Shown: piece after piece, positions 24,075 to 34,130 of the stretch
Position numbering within the stretch: position 1 is the first letter of the stretch
How the letters are laid out: every line of letters begins with the position of its first letter
NCBI GenBank assembly: GCA_963822445.1
Contig: CAWGHO010000002.1
Span: 2,016,001 to 2,080,000 of the forward strand
Origin: an uncultured Acidobacteriota bacterium
Lineage (GTDB): Bacteria > Acidobacteriota > Thermoanaerobaculia > Gp7-AA8
Direction of reading: 5' to 3'
Length of the DNA stretch: 64,000 bases
Position numbers and translations under genes: made by a program
Notes under the pieces: model-generated
Database searches by the model: none
What the model was told of the DNA's origin: nothing
What the model saw: only the letters and a program-made list of their open reading frames with translations

Positions 24075-24617
24075 ATGGCACCAAGACTCAAAGAGCGGTA
24101 CCTGAACGAAGTCCGGAAGCGGATTCAGGACGAGTTCGGGATCAAGAACCCCATGGCAATTCCGAAGATCGAGAAGGTCGTGCTCAACATGGGCATGGGC
24201 GAGGCCATCTCGAACGCGAAGATCCTCGACACGGCCGTCGAGGAGCTCTCGACGATCACCGGCCAGAAGCCGGTGGTGACCAAGGCCAAGAAGTCGATCG
24301 CCAGCTTCAAGCTCCGTGAAGGGCAGTCCATCGGCACGATGGTCACGCTTCGCGGCGAAAAGATGTACGAGTTTCTCGACCGTCTGATCAACATCGCTCT
24401 TCCGCGCGTCCGCGACTTCCGCGGCGTGCCGGCGAAGTCGTTCGACGGCCGCGGCAATTACACCCTCGGCATTCGCGACCACCTGATCTTTCCGGAGATC
24501 GACGCGGGCAAGGTCGACAAGGCGAAGGGCATGAACATCACCATCGTGACGAGCGCGAAGAACGACGACCAGGCTCGTTTCCTTCTCCGCGAGCTCGGGA
24601 TGCCTTTCGGCAAGTAA
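24075..24617 (+). CDS. rplE: 50S ribosomal protein L5
   Basis: [28 protein letters not shown]. Confidence 0.98.
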   Translation: MAPRLKERYLNEVRKRIQDEFGIKNPMAIPKIEKVVLNMGMGEAISNAKILDTAVEELSTITGQKPVVTKAKKSIASFKLREGQSIGTMVTLRGEKMYEFLDRLINIALPRVRDFRGVPAKSFDGRGNYTLGIRDHLIFPEIDAGKVDKAKGMNITIVTSAKNDDQARFLLRELGMPFGK

Positions 24618-24630
24618 GAGGAAAGATCAA

Positions 24631-24816
24631 ATGGCCAAGACCTCAATGATCGTGAAGGCGGAGCGGAAGCCGAAGTTCTCGACTCGCCAGCGCAACCGCT
24701 GCAAGCAGTGCGGACGTCCGCGTGGATTTCTGCGCAAGTTCCAGCTTTGCCGCATCTGCTTCCGCATGCTCTCGCTCGGTGGATACATCCCCGGCGTGAC
24801 GAAATCGAGCTGGTAG
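24631..24816 (+). CDS. rpsN: 30S ribosomal protein S14, zinc-binding type Z
   Basis: 61 aa with RCKQCGR and LCRICFR. Confidence 0.97.
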   Translation: MAKTSMIVKAERKPKFSTRQRNRCKQCGRPRGFLRKFQLCRICFRMLSLGGYIPGVTKSSW

Positions 24817-24843
24817 CTCGGACTGATTACAGGAGCAACACAC

Positions 24844-25248
24844 ATGTCGATGACAGATCCCATCGCGGACATGCTCACCAGAATCCGGAACGGAATTCAG
24901 GCGCACCATGACCGCATCGAGCTGCCCACCTCCAAGCTGAAGGTGGAAGTGGCGCGCATCCTCAAGTCCGAGGGTTTCATTGCGAACTTCAAAGAGGTGA
25001 GCGAGGACGGCAAGCCCCAGGGCACCCTCCGCGTGTACCTCAAGTACTCGGAAGACGGCGAGCCGGTCATTCACGGCATCGAGCGGGTCTCGCGCCCCGG
25101 CCGTCGCGTCTATCGCGGCAAGGAAGAGATCCCCGCGGTCCTGGGCGGACTCGGCCTCGCCATCGTCTCCACGTCCAAGGGCGTGCTCTCGGGTACCGAG
25201 GCCGCTCGCCAGGGCGTCGGCGGCGAAGTCCTCTGCCAGGTCTGGTAA
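24844..25248 (+). CDS. rpsH: 30S ribosomal protein S8
   Basis: DPIADMLTRIRN, SRPGRRVY, GGEVL. Confidence 0.98.
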   Translation: MSMTDPIADMLTRIRNGIQAHHDRIELPTSKLKVEVARILKSEGFIANFKEVSEDGKPQGTLRVYLKYSEDGEPVIHGIERVSRPGRRVYRGKEEIPAVLGGLGLAIVSTSKGVLSGTEAARQGVGGEVLCQVW

Positions 25249-25258
25249 GGAGCTGCAC

Positions 25259-25801
25259 ATGTCTCGTATCGGAAAGAAAGAGCTTCCCCTGCCGAAAGGC
25301 GTCGAGGTTCGTCAGGAAGGCAACAACGTCTTCGTGAAGGGGCCCAAGGGCACCCTGACCACGCCCATCGTCACCGGCATCTCCATGAAGGTGGACAACA
25401 ACGTGGTCAAGTTCGAGCGGCAGGACGACGAGGGGAAATCCCGCGCCTTCCACGGCCTCATGCGCGCGCTCGTGGCCAACAACGTCAAGGGTGTGAGCGA
25501 AGGCTTCAAGCGCGAGCTCGACATCGTCGGCGTCGGCTACCGCGCCGAGGTGAAGGGCAAGGAAGTGGTCTTCCAGCTCGGCTATTCACACCCGGTCCGG
25601 TTCCCGGTTCCGGAAGGCATCGACATCACCGTCGACGCCAAGACCGGCCACATCACCATCACCGGCATCGACAAACAGAAGGTCGGCCAGACGGCCGCCG
25701 AGATCCGCTCGCTGCGCCAGCCCGATCCCTACAAGGGCAAGGGCATCAAGTACAGCGACGAGATCATTCGCCGCAAGGCCGGCAAGGCCGCGGGCAAGTA
25801 A
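25259..25801 (+). CDS. rplF: 50S ribosomal protein L6
   Basis: MSRIGK, GVGYRA, PDPYKGKGIKY. Confidence 0.98.
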   Translation: MSRIGKKELPLPKGVEVRQEGNNVFVKGPKGTLTTPIVTGISMKVDNNVVKFERQDDEGKSRAFHGLMRALVANNVKGVSEGFKRELDIVGVGYRAEVKGKEVVFQLGYSHPVRFPVPEGIDITVDAKTGHITITGIDKQKVGQTAAEIRSLRQPDPYKGKGIKYSDEIIRRKAGKAAGK

Positions 25802-25858
25802 CGCGTAAGGCGACGACTAGTTCGCTGGCCATCAAACGTCAGCGAAGAGGAAAAGCAA

Positions 25859-26221
25859 ATGGCAGATCGTGCAAAAGAACGGGTAGCAGCAAGAGGCCGG
25901 GTCCGCGAGCGGATTCGCGGCAAGGTTCGCGGTACGCAGGAGCGGCCGCGTCTGGCGGTCTTCCGCAGCCTCAAGGGCATTTACGCGCAGGTGATCGATG
26001 ATGCCTCGGGCAACACGATCGTCTCGGCGTCGAGCCTGGAGAAGGACAGCGGAGCGAAAGGCTCGAATGCCGCGGCCGCGAAGGCCGTCGGCGAGCTGAT
26101 CGCCAAGAAGGCGAAGAGCAAGGGCGTGACGCGCGTGGTCTTCGACCGCGGCGGCTACCTCTATCACGGCAACATCAAGGCGCTCGCGGATGCGGCGCGT
26201 GCGAACGGTTTGGAATTCTAG
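25859..26221 (+). CDS. rplR: 50S ribosomal protein L18
   Basis: [20 protein letters not shown]. Confidence 0.98.
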   Translation: MADRAKERVAARGRVRERIRGKVRGTQERPRLAVFRSLKGIYAQVIDDASGNTIVSASSLEKDSGAKGSNAAAAKAVGELIAKKAKSKGVTRVVFDRGGYLYHGNIKALADAARANGLEF

Positions 26222-26229
26222 GAGATCAC

Positions 26230-26802
26230 ATGCAGCGTCCAATGCAGCGTCCCGGTCAGGGCGGCGGTCCTCGCGGGGATCGTCGTCAGGAAGAGCGTTC
26301 CGAGAGCGGGATGATCGACAAGGTCGTCCACATCAACCGCGTCACCAAGGTCGTCAAGGGCGGCAAGAACTTCAGCTTCTCCGCGCTGGTCGTCGTCGGT
26401 GACGGTAAGGGCAAGGTGGGCTTCGGTTCCGGCAAGGCCAAGGAAGTTCCGGCGGCCATCAAGAAGGGCATCGAGATCGCCAAGAAGAACATGATCTCGA
26501 TCGCGCTTTCGGGCACGACCATCCCTCACGCCATCGTCGGTCACTACGGCGCGGGCAAGGTCATGCTCAAGCCCGCATCGGAAGGTACCGGCGTCATCGC
26601 CGGCGGTCCGGTGCGCGCCATCCTCGAGTCGGCCGGCATCCAGAACATCCTCACCAAGTCCCTCGGCACCGCCAACCCGCACAACGTGGTCAAGGCGACG
26701 TTCGAGGCGCTCAAGGCGCTTCGCACCGAGGAGCAGTACAAGAACCTGCGCGGCGAGCGTGAAGTGGCCGCGGCGCCGGTGGTGGAAGGAGCCGAGGCAT
26801 GA
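26230..26802 (+). CDS. rpsE: 30S ribosomal protein S5
   Basis: [17 protein letters not shown]. Confidence 0.98.
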   Translation: MQRPMQRPGQGGGPRGDRRQEERSESGMIDKVVHINRVTKVVKGGKNFSFSALVVVGDGKGKVGFGSGKAKEVPAAIKKGIEIAKKNMISIALSGTTIPHAIVGHYGAGKVMLKPASEGTGVIAGGPVRAILESAGIQNILTKSLGTANPHNVVKATFEALKALRTEEQYKNLRGEREVAAAPVVEGAEA

Positions 26803-27017
26803 AGCTGAAGCTTTTCCGCAGCAGAGAAAAGAAGAGCGGCGGCAAGACCATCCGCATCCGGCAGATCCGGAGCGGCATCGGCTGCCCGGTCGAGATGCGG
26901 GAGACCCTCAAGGCTCTCGGTCTCGGCAAGATGCATCGCGTCGCCGAGCGCGCCGACACGAAGGAAGTGCGCGGCATGATCGCCAAGATCCCGCACCTCG
27001 TTGAAGTAGTCGACTAG
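26799..27017 (+). CDS. rpmD: 50S ribosomal protein L30
   Basis: [23 protein letters not shown]; short basic N-terminal extension. Confidence 0.93.
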   Translation: MKLKLFRSREKKSGGKTIRIRQIRSGIGCPVEMRETLKALGLGKMHRVAERADTKEVRGMIAKIPHLVEVVD

Positions 27018-27028
27018 GAGTTACGACC

Positions 27029-27472
27029 ATGGAACTCAACAACCTCAAACCCAAAAAAGGCGCGCGCCACGCCAAGAAGCGTGTCGGCCGCGGTCCGGGC
27101 TCCGGCCACGGCAAGACCTCCTCGCGCGGTGAGAAGGGCCAGAAGTCGCGGTCCGGCTACAGCCGCCAGATGGGCTTCGAAGGCGGCCAGATGCCCCTTC
27201 ACCGCCGCCTGCCGAAGCGCGGCTTCACCAACATCTTCAAGAAGACCTACGCCGTCGTGAACCTGGCCGACCTGGAGCGCTTCGACAACGGCGCGACCGT
27301 CGACGAGGCAGCGCTGCGTCAGGCCGGCATCGTCAAGGGCCGCAATGACGGGATCAAGGTCCTCGGCAACGGCAAGCTCTCCAAGAAGCTCACCGTTTCC
27401 GCAACGAAGTTCTCCGAGACCGCCAAGCAGTCCATCGAGGCCGCCGGCGGGACCGTGCAGGAGATTCAGTAA
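27029..27472 (+). CDS. rplO: 50S ribosomal protein L15
   Basis: [26 protein letters not shown]. Confidence 0.98.
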   Translation: MELNNLKPKKGARHAKKRVGRGPGSGHGKTSSRGEKGQKSRSGYSRQMGFEGGQMPLHRRLPKRGFTNIFKKTYAVVNLADLERFDNGATVDEAALRQAGIVKGRNDGIKVLGNGKLSKKLTVSATKFSETAKQSIEAAGGTVQEIQ

Positions 27473-28885
27473 GTGCCTAACGTCGTCGACACAGTCCGCA
27501 ACATCTGGGCGATCGAGGATCTCCGCAAGCGCGTGATCTTCACCTTCGCGCTGCTCGCGGTCTATCGCCTCGGCTCGTTCATTCCGACGCCGGGTGTCGA
27601 TCCGGTGGCGCTGACGGAGTTCTTCAAGGCGATCAACACCGGTGTGTTCGGCTTCCTCGATCTCTTCTCCGGCGGCGCTCTGAGCCGCCTGTCGGTGTTC
27701 GCGCTCGGGATCATGCCGTACATCTCGGCGTCGATCATCCTGCAGCTCCTCACCGTGGTCTGGCCGTATCTCGAGAAGCTCTCCAAAGAGGGCGAGATGG
27801 GCCGCCGCAAGATCAATCAGTACACCCGCTACGGCACGATCGTGCTCGCCATCGTCCAGTCGCTCGGCGTCGCCTTCTGGCTTCGCACCCAGCAGGCTCC
27901 GGGCGGCGCGCCGCTCGTTCCGCCGCACGTGCAGGACGCTCTGTGGGGCCTCGGCTTCCCGATCCTGACCGTGCTCACGCTCACCACCGGCACCGCGTTC
28001 ATCATGTGGCTCGGTGAGCAGATCTCCGAGCGCGGCATCGGCAACGGCATCTCGCTGATCATCTTCGCCGGCATCGTGGTCGGTCTTCCGGCTGCCGTCG
28101 TCGGCACGGTCGACGACATCCGCACCGGCGAGCGCAACATCTTCGCGATGCTGTTCCTGGTGGTCTTCATGGTCGCCGTGACGGCCTTCGTCGTCTTCAT
28201 GGAGCGCGCGCAGCGGCGGATTCCGGTGCAGTACGCGAAGCGCGTCGTCGGCCGCAAGGTCTACGGCGGTGCCAACACGTACCTCCCGCTCCGGGTCAAC
28301 ACCGCCGGCGTCATCCCGGTCATCTTCGCGTCGTCGATCCTGGTCATTCCCCAGACGATCGCCACGATGATCAAGCAGCCCTGGGCCACGGCCATCGGCA
28401 ATCAGCTGCAGATGGGCGAGCCGCTCTACTACCTGCTGCAGGTGGTGGGCATCATCTTCTTCGCGTACTTCTACACGTCGATCGTCTTCAATCCGGTCGA
28501 CACGGCCGACAACATGCGCAAGTACGGCGGCTTCATCCCCGGCATCCGTCCGGGCAAGAGGACGTCGGATTACATCGACCGCGTGCTGACCCGCATCACC
28601 TTCGTCGGCTCGGTTTACCTGGCCCTGGTCTGCATCATTCCGGAGTTTCTGATCTCCGGCGTGCACGTGGCCCAGCTGCCGTTCGGCGTCGGCGCGACAC
28701 TCGACCGCTGGCTGCCGATCTGGTTCACCGAGGGTATGGGTCTGAACTTCTACTTCGGCGGCACGTCGCTGCTGATCGTGGTCGGCGTGGCCATGGACAC
28801 CATGAATCAGATCGAGTCGCAGCTGGTCATGCGCCACTACGACGGGTTCATGAAAAAAGGCCGCATCCGCGGACGTAGAGGCTAA
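27473..28885 (+). CDS. secY: Preprotein translocase subunit SecY
   Basis: ALGIMPYISASII, GIGNGISLIIF, GFIPGIRPG, GGTSLLIVVGV. Confidence 0.98.
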   Translation: MPNVVDTVRNIWAIEDLRKRVIFTFALLAVYRLGSFIPTPGVDPVALTEFFKAINTGVFGFLDLFSGGALSRLSVFALGIMPYISASIILQLLTVVWPYLEKLSKEGEMGRRKINQYTRYGTIVLAIVQSLGVAFWLRTQQAPGGAPLVPPHVQDALWGLGFPILTVLTLTTGTAFIMWLGEQISERGIGNGISLIIFAGIVVGLPAAVVGTVDDIRTGERNIFAMLFLVVFMVAVTAFVVFMERAQRRIPVQYAKRVVGRKVYGGANTYLPLRVNTAGVIPVIFASSILVIPQTIATMIKQPWATAIGNQLQMGEPLYYLLQVVGIIFFAYFYTSIVFNPVDTADNMRKYGGFIPGIRPGKRTSDYIDRVLTRITFVGSVYLALVCIIPEFLISGVHVAQLPFGVGATLDRWLPIWFTEGMGLNFYFGGTSLLIVVGVAMDTMNQIESQLVMRHYDGFMKKGRIRGRRG

Positions 28886-28893
28886 AGAACAGC

Positions 28894-29544
28894 TTGAAGA
28901 TCATCTTCATCGGACCGCCGGGAAGCGGAAAGGGAACTCAGGCGAAGCGGCTCGCGGGCCGCTTCGAGATTCCGCATATCTCGACGGGCGACATGCTTCG
29001 CGAGGCGGTGGCCGCCGGTACGCCGGTGGGGCAGCAGGCCTCGTCGATCATGGCCGCGGGGCAGCTCGTTCCGGATGACCTGATGATCAGGATGATCGAC
29101 GAGCGTCTGGCCCGGCCGGACGCGTCGAAAGGCTTCATCCTGGACGGTTTCCCGAGGACGCTGGTTCAGGCCGAAAAGCTCGAAACCCTGGTCGGGAATG
29201 GGAAGGGGGACCTCCGGGTTCTCCAACTGCTCGTTCCCGACGACGCCATCGTCCGCCGCATTACTCTGCGACGGACGTGTGCGCAGTGCGGGGCGATTTA
29301 CCATTTGGAGAATCAACCCCCGGCGAACGACAGCGTGTGCGACCGCTGTGGCGCCGAAGTCATTGCACGGCCCGATGACACGGAAGAGGCCGTGCGCAAG
29401 CGTCTGGAGTCATTCCATCGTCAAACGATGCCGGTCGCTACGTTTTACAAGTCGAAAAGCATTCTCCGTGAGGTCGACGGGATTGGTCCCGTCGATGAGG
29501 TCTTTGAACGAATTGAACAGTCCCTTGCCAACGGAACGGTTTGA
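28894..29544 (+). CDS. adk: Adenylate kinase with zinc LID domain
   Basis: GPPGSGKGTQA, STGDMLR, LDGFPRT, CAQC...CDRC. Confidence 0.97.
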   Translation: MKIIFIGPPGSGKGTQAKRLAGRFEIPHISTGDMLREAVAAGTPVGQQASSIMAAGQLVPDDLMIRMIDERLARPDASKGFILDGFPRTLVQAEKLETLVGNGKGDLRVLQLLVPDDAIVRRITLRRTCAQCGAIYHLENQPPANDSVCDRCGAEVIARPDDTEEAVRKRLESFHRQTMPVATFYKSKSILREVDGIGPVDEVFERIEQSLANGTV

Positions 29545-29550
29545 ACGCCG

Positions 29551-30375
29551 ATGCTCGATCGCATGAAGGGACCGACACTCAAGAATCGCGAAGAGATCGC
29601 GATCATGGACCGGGCGAACCGGATCGTGGTCGAGATCCTCGAGATGATGCGCGACATGGTCAAGCCCGGCGCGACCACGGCGCAGCTCAACGCGATGGCC
29701 GAGGAAGAGCTGGCCCGGCGCGGCGCGAAATCGCCGTTCAAGGGTTACGCTCCGGGCGGCCTGCCGCCGTATCCCGCGGTGGTCTGCGCGTCGGTCAATG
29801 ACGTGATCGTCCATGGCATCCCCAGCCGGGCCAAGCTGCAGGAAGGCGACATCATCGGGCTCGACTTCGGATCGATCTTCGAGGGTTTCGTCGGCGACGC
29901 GGCCATCACGGTTCCGGTCGGCAACGTCAGCGCGAAAGCGAAGACGCTGATGGATACGACCCGGGAATGCCTGGAGCTGGCCATCGAGGAGATGCGTCCG
30001 GGCCGGCACATCGGGGACATCGGCGCGGCGGTTCAGGAACACGCCGAGTCGCGCGGATTCCACGTCATCCGGACCTTCGTCGGTCACGGCATCGGCCGCC
30101 GGATGCACGAGGAGCCTCAGGTCTACAACTTCGGCAAGCGCGGGCGCGGGCTGGAGCTGCGGGAGGGGATGGTTCTGGCCATCGAGCCGATGCTCTGTGA
30201 GATCGGGTCGAAGCTGCGGTCCAGACTGGACCGGGCCGGTTCGAACGGGATGTTGCAGGACACGCGAACCGATGCCGACGGTTGGACGGCGCGGACGGTC
30301 GATGGATCGCTCGCGGCGCACTTCGAGAATTCGATTGCAGTGACGGCCAACGGGCCGATGGTGTTAGGAAAATGA
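29551..30375 (+). CDS. map: Type I methionine aminopeptidase
   Basis: [35 protein letters not shown]. Start may be ATG 29563. Confidence 0.96.
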   Translation: MLDRMKGPTLKNREEIAIMDRANRIVVEILEMMRDMVKPGATTAQLNAMAEEELARRGAKSPFKGYAPGGLPPYPAVVCASVNDVIVHGIPSRAKLQEGDIIGLDFGSIFEGFVGDAAITVPVGNVSAKAKTLMDTTRECLELAIEEMRPGRHIGDIGAAVQEHAESRGFHVIRTFVGHGIGRRMHEEPQVYNFGKRGRGLELREGMVLAIEPMLCEIGSKLRSRLDRAGSNGMLQDTRTDADGWTARTVDGSLAAHFENSIAVTANGPMVLGK

Positions 30376-30451
30376 GGAAAAAGAATGGTGTTGTTTGATT
30401 AGGGGAGCACGAGCTCCACAGCGCGCAGCACCGAGGCCTGCAAAGGAAAGT

Positions 30452-30670
30452 ATGTCGAAGGAAGAAGCGATCGAAGTGACGGGGACGGTCCTGGAGACCC
30501 TGCCCAACGCTATGTTTCAGGTCGAGCTGGAGAACAAGCACAAGGTGCTTGCACACATCTCCGGCAAGATGAGGAAGCACTTCATTCGCATCCTTCCGGG
30601 TGACAAAGTTCTGGTCGAGCTCTCGCCGTACGATCTGACGCGCGGGCGCATCACGTATCGCTACAAGTGA
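30452..30670 (+). CDS. infA: Translation initiation factor IF-1
   Basis: [26 protein letters not shown]; AAGGA SD upstream. Confidence 0.98.
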   Translation: MSKEEAIEVTGTVLETLPNAMFQVELENKHKVLAHISGKMRKHFIRILPGDKVLVELSPYDLTRGRITYRYK

Positions 30671-30680
30671 GCCACAAATC

Positions 30681-30794
30681 ATGAAAGTACGTTCATCAGT
30701 CAAACGCATCTGCACGAAATGCAAGGTCGTCCGCCGTCAGGGCGTCATTCGGATCATCTGTGAGAATCCGAAGCACAAGCAGCGTCAGGGATAG
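30681..30794 (+). CDS. rpmJ: 50S ribosomal protein L36 (not in the ORF track)
   Basis: Manual translation: [37 protein letters not shown]. Confidence 0.97.
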   Translation: MKVRSSVKRICTKCKVVRRQGVIRIICENPKHKQRQG

Positions 30795-30890
30795 TTTTTA
30801 GTCGTTAGTCGTTAGTGATTAGTCGTTAGTAGTCGGAAACGGTGATGTCCTCGGTTTTACTAACGACTAACCACTAACGACTAATCACTA
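30792..30890. repeat. Inverted heptamer tandem array
   Basis: (TAGTCGT)n at 30799-30830 and (ACTAACG)n at 30859-30890 are reverse complements at 29/32. Confidence 0.92.
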
Positions 30891-30922
30891 GTCGTCAGAC
30901 AGGCAACGGAGACAAGTAAGCA

Positions 30923-31306
30923 ATGGCACGTATCGCGGGTGTGGATCTTCCCCTCAACAAGCGGGTCGAAATCGGCCTGACCTATATCTTTGGCATCGGC
31001 CGCACGCGCTCGGGAAACATTCTCGAGCAGGCGGGCGTGGACCGGAACGTGCGCGTCAAGGACCTCACCGAGGACGACGTGCGCAAGATCCGCCAGATCA
31101 TCACCGACGAAGGTAAGGTCGAGGGTGATCTGCGCAAGGACGTCGGCCTCGACATCAAGCGGCTGATGGAGATCAACTGCTACCGCGGGATGCGTCATCG
31201 CCGCGGCCTGCCGGTGCGCGGCCAGCGGACGCACACCAATGCGCGCACGCGCAAAGGCCCGCGCAAGGGCGCGGTTGCCGGTAAGAAGAAAGCAACGAAG
31301 AAGTAA
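30923..31306 (+). CDS. rpsM: 30S ribosomal protein S13
   Basis: [28 protein letters not shown]. Confidence 0.99.
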   Translation: MARIAGVDLPLNKRVEIGLTYIFGIGRTRSGNILEQAGVDRNVRVKDLTEDDVRKIRQIITDEGKVEGDLRKDVGLDIKRLMEINCYRGMRHRRGLPVRGQRTHTNARTRKGPRKGAVAGKKKATKK

Positions 31307-31318
31307 GGGACGATACCA

Positions 31319-31732
31319 ATGGCAACTGCAAGAGCACCGAAAGCGGGCGCGCGTCGCGCCGGTACCAAGCGCAAGGAGCGGAAGAACGTTCCGCACGGCG
31401 TCGCGTCCATCGCGGCGACTTTCAACAACACCATCGTGGCCATCACCGATCCGACCGGAAACATCCTGTCGTGGTCGAGCGCCGGCCGCATCGGCTTCAA
31501 GGGGTCGCGTAAAGGCACTCCCTTCGCGGCGCAGGTCGCGGCCCAGAACGCCGCCCAGCTCGCGCAGGAGCACGGCATCCGCTCGGTCGACGTCAAGGTC
31601 AAGGGCCCCGGTGCCGGTCGCGAATCCGCGATCCGCGCGCTGGCCGCCTCCGGCCTCGACATCAAGTCGATCAAGGACGTCACCCCGATCCCGCACAACG
31701 GTTGCCGGCCGCCGAAGCGCCGCCGCGTCTGA
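31319..31732 (+). CDS. rpsK: 30S ribosomal protein S11
   Basis: [25 protein letters not shown]. Confidence 0.99.
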   Translation: MATARAPKAGARRAGTKRKERKNVPHGVASIAATFNNTIVAITDPTGNILSWSSAGRIGFKGSRKGTPFAAQVAAQNAAQLAQEHGIRSVDVKVKGPGAGRESAIRALAASGLDIKSIKDVTPIPHNGCRPPKRRRV

Positions 31733-31826
31733 CCCGCGGTTTCAGTAGTCATCAAGTTACGCCGTGCAGCAGCCGGCGTAGACGCAACGCGCCATGGTGG
31801 CGCGGGTGCGAACGACAGGAGGCATA

Positions 31827-32453
31827 GTGGCTCGTTACACCGATCCCGTCTGCCGGCTTTGCCGGCGCGAGGGCATGAAGCTGTTTCTCAAGGGCGACCG
31901 TTGTTTCAAGGACAAGTGCGCCATCGAGCGCCGCAACTACGCGCCCGGCCAGCATGGCCGCCGCCGTTCCAAGGTTCTGGGATACGGCATCCAGCTTCGC
32001 GAGAAGCAGAAGGTCAAGCGCATTTACGGACTGCTCGAGAATCAGTTCCGCATCTACTTCCACCGCGCGGCGGCCCGCACCGGCGTCACCGGTGACAACC
32101 TGCTCCGCCAGCTCGAGCTCCGCCTCGACAACGTGGTCTACTCCCTCGGCTTCGCCGCCTCCCGAGCCCAGGCCCGGCAGCTCGTCCGCCACGGCCACAT
32201 CGAGGTCAACGGCAAGAAGATCAACATCCCGTCCTATCAGGTCCGCAAGAGCGACGTGATCCAGGTCCGGGAAAAGAGCCGCAAGAACGATCAGATCCGC
32301 CAGGCCGTCGAAACGGCTGCCGGACGCGGCGTTCCCCAGTGGCTCCAGCTCGAGCCCGATCAGTTCCGGGGCACGGTCACGGACCTTCCCAAGCGCGAAG
32401 ACATCCGTCTCCCGATCCAGGAACAGCTCATCGTCGAGCTCTACTCGAAGTAA
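31827..32453 (+). CDS. rpsD: 30S ribosomal protein S4 (GTG start, Cys-containing type)
   Basis: [38 protein letters not shown]; AGGAGG SD. Confidence 0.98.
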   Translation: MARYTDPVCRLCRREGMKLFLKGDRCFKDKCAIERRNYAPGQHGRRRSKVLGYGIQLREKQKVKRIYGLLENQFRIYFHRAAARTGVTGDNLLRQLELRLDNVVYSLGFAASRAQARQLVRHGHIEVNGKKINIPSYQVRKSDVIQVREKSRKNDQIRQAVETAAGRGVPQWLQLEPDQFRGTVTDLPKREDIRLPIQEQLIVELYSK

Positions 32454-32526
32454 TCCAATCTCGATGTCGCATGGACGCGCACTCCGCGCGTCCATGCGCC
32501 GTCTCACGCACGAGGAGGCCGCTCCC

Positions 32527-33513
32527 ATGATGTGGTCAGATTTTCAGAAACCCAAAAAGCTCGATTACGATCCCGAGACTCTCACCCCTAACTACGGACG
32601 TTTCACCGCGCAGCCGTTCGAGCGCGGCTTCGGCACGACCATCGGCAACGCGCTCCGCCGCGTTCTGCTGTCGTCCATCGAAGGGGCGGCCATCACCGCC
32701 GTCCGCGTCGAAGGCGTGCTCCACGAGTTCTCGTCCCTGCAGGGCGTGGTCGAGGACATGACGGACGTCGTCCTCAACCTCAAGCAGGTCCCCTTCAAGC
32801 TGCACGGCAGCGGTCCCAAAACCCTTTACCTCGAGAAGCGCGGCCCGGGCGTCGTCACCGCCGCCGACTTCGAAGAGGACCCGGACATCGAGATCCTCGA
32901 CCCGACGGCGCACATCGCCACGCTGTCGAAGGAAGGCTCGCTCAAGCTCGAGGCCCGTCTCAAGAAGGGCCGCGGCTACGTCGTCGCCGACCGCAACGCC
33001 GACACGGATCTCCCGCTCGGCTACATCCCGGTCGACTCGATCCACTCGCCCGTCCGCCGCGTGAACTATCACGTCGAGGGCGCGCGCGTCGGCCAGATGA
33101 CCGACTACGACAAGCTGATCCTCGAAGTGTGGACCAACGGCGCGGTCTCGCCGCAGGAGGCGATCAGCCTGGCCGCCGAGCTGCTCGGCGATCACCTGCG
33201 CATCTTCAGCGCGTTCGAAACGCGTCTCGAGGACCGCGAGGAAGCGGCGGCGCCTGAAGTCGATCCGCGCCTGGCCGAGATGCTGGCCAAGCCGATCGAG
33301 GAGCTCGACCTTTCCGTCCGCTCCGCCAACTGCCTCAAGAACGCCAACATCCGCACCCTCGGCGACCTCGTACAGCGCACCGAGCGCGAGATGCTGTCCA
33401 CCAAGAACTTCGGCCGCAAGTCGCTCGACGAGATCAAAGACGTTCTCGCCAGCCTGGGCCTGTCGTTCGGCATGACGCGCGTCCCGGCCGGCAGCCGCGA
33501 CATGCGCGATTAA
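32527..33513 (+). CDS. rpoA: RNA polymerase alpha subunit
   Basis: [39 protein letters not shown]; GAGGAGG SD. Confidence 0.98.
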   Translation: MMWSDFQKPKKLDYDPETLTPNYGRFTAQPFERGFGTTIGNALRRVLLSSIEGAAITAVRVEGVLHEFSSLQGVVEDMTDVVLNLKQVPFKLHGSGPKTLYLEKRGPGVVTAADFEEDPDIEILDPTAHIATLSKEGSLKLEARLKKGRGYVVADRNADTDLPLGYIPVDSIHSPVRRVNYHVEGARVGQMTDYDKLILEVWTNGAVSPQEAISLAAELLGDHLRIFSAFETRLEDREEAAAPEVDPRLAEMLAKPIEELDLSVRSANCLKNANIRTLGDLVQRTEREMLSTKNFGRKSLDEIKDVLASLGLSFGMTRVPAGSRDMRD

Positions 33514-33526
33514 GTGAGGGATTGAG

Positions 33527-34093
33527 ATGAGACACGGAAACGCAAACCGCAAGCTCGGCCGCACGTCGAGCCATCGCAACGCGATGTTCCGCAATCAGCT
33601 CGCCTCGCTCATCGAGGCCGAGCGGATCGTGACCACGCTTCCGAAGGCGAAAGAGCTCCGCCCGATCGCCGAGAAGCTGATCACCCTGGCCAAGACCGAC
33701 AGCGTGCACGCGCGCCGTCAGGCCGCCCGCCAGGTTCCCGATGACGCCCTGATCGCGAAGCTGTTCGACACCATCGGCCCGCGCTTTTCCACCCGCCCGG
33801 GTGGCTACACGCGGATCATGAAGCTCGGCGCCCGCCGCGGCGATGCCGCGGAGATGGCGATTCTCGAGCTGGTCGAGCGCTCCGCCGACAAGACCGAAGC
33901 GAAGGCTGAGACTCCGGCCGCTCCGGCCAAGACCCGCGGCGCCAAGAAGGCCGCCGCTCCGAAGGTCGAAGAGCCCGAGGCCGAAGAGAAGCCGAAGAAG
34001 AAGACGTCTGCGAAGAAGGCCGCTCCCAAGAAAAAGGAAGCCAAGCCCGCTGACGAGAAGCCGAAGAAACCGGCCAAGAAAAAGGAAAAGTAA
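33527..34093 (+). CDS. rplQ: 50S ribosomal protein L17 with a Lys/Ala/Glu-rich C-terminal tail
   Basis: [30 protein letters not shown]. Confidence 0.97.
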   Translation: MRHGNANRKLGRTSSHRNAMFRNQLASLIEAERIVTTLPKAKELRPIAEKLITLAKTDSVHARRQAARQVPDDALIAKLFDTIGPRFSTRPGGYTRIMKLGARRGDAAEMAILELVERSADKTEAKAETPAAPAKTRGAKKAAAPKVEEPEAEEKPKKKTSAKKAAPKKKEAKPADEKPKKPAKKKEK

Positions 34094-34100
34094 CTTCCTC

Positions 34101-34130
34101 GAAAAAGCCCGCCACCCGGCGGGCTTTTTC
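34101..34130. terminator. Bidirectional intrinsic terminator
   Basis: GAAAAAGCCCGCC-ACCC-GGCGGGCTTTTTC between convergent genes, with A and T tracts on either side. Confidence 0.9.

Noticed and set aside
29200-29544. Lower-GC codon usage in the adk 3' half as a sign of horizontal transfer
   Set aside because: The gene is in its usual position; weaker codon bias or an internal promoter explains it, and I could not quantify it.
23662-32453. Cys-rich zinc motifs in L24, S14, L36, S4 and Adk
   Set aside because: These are known zinc-binding variants and not novel.
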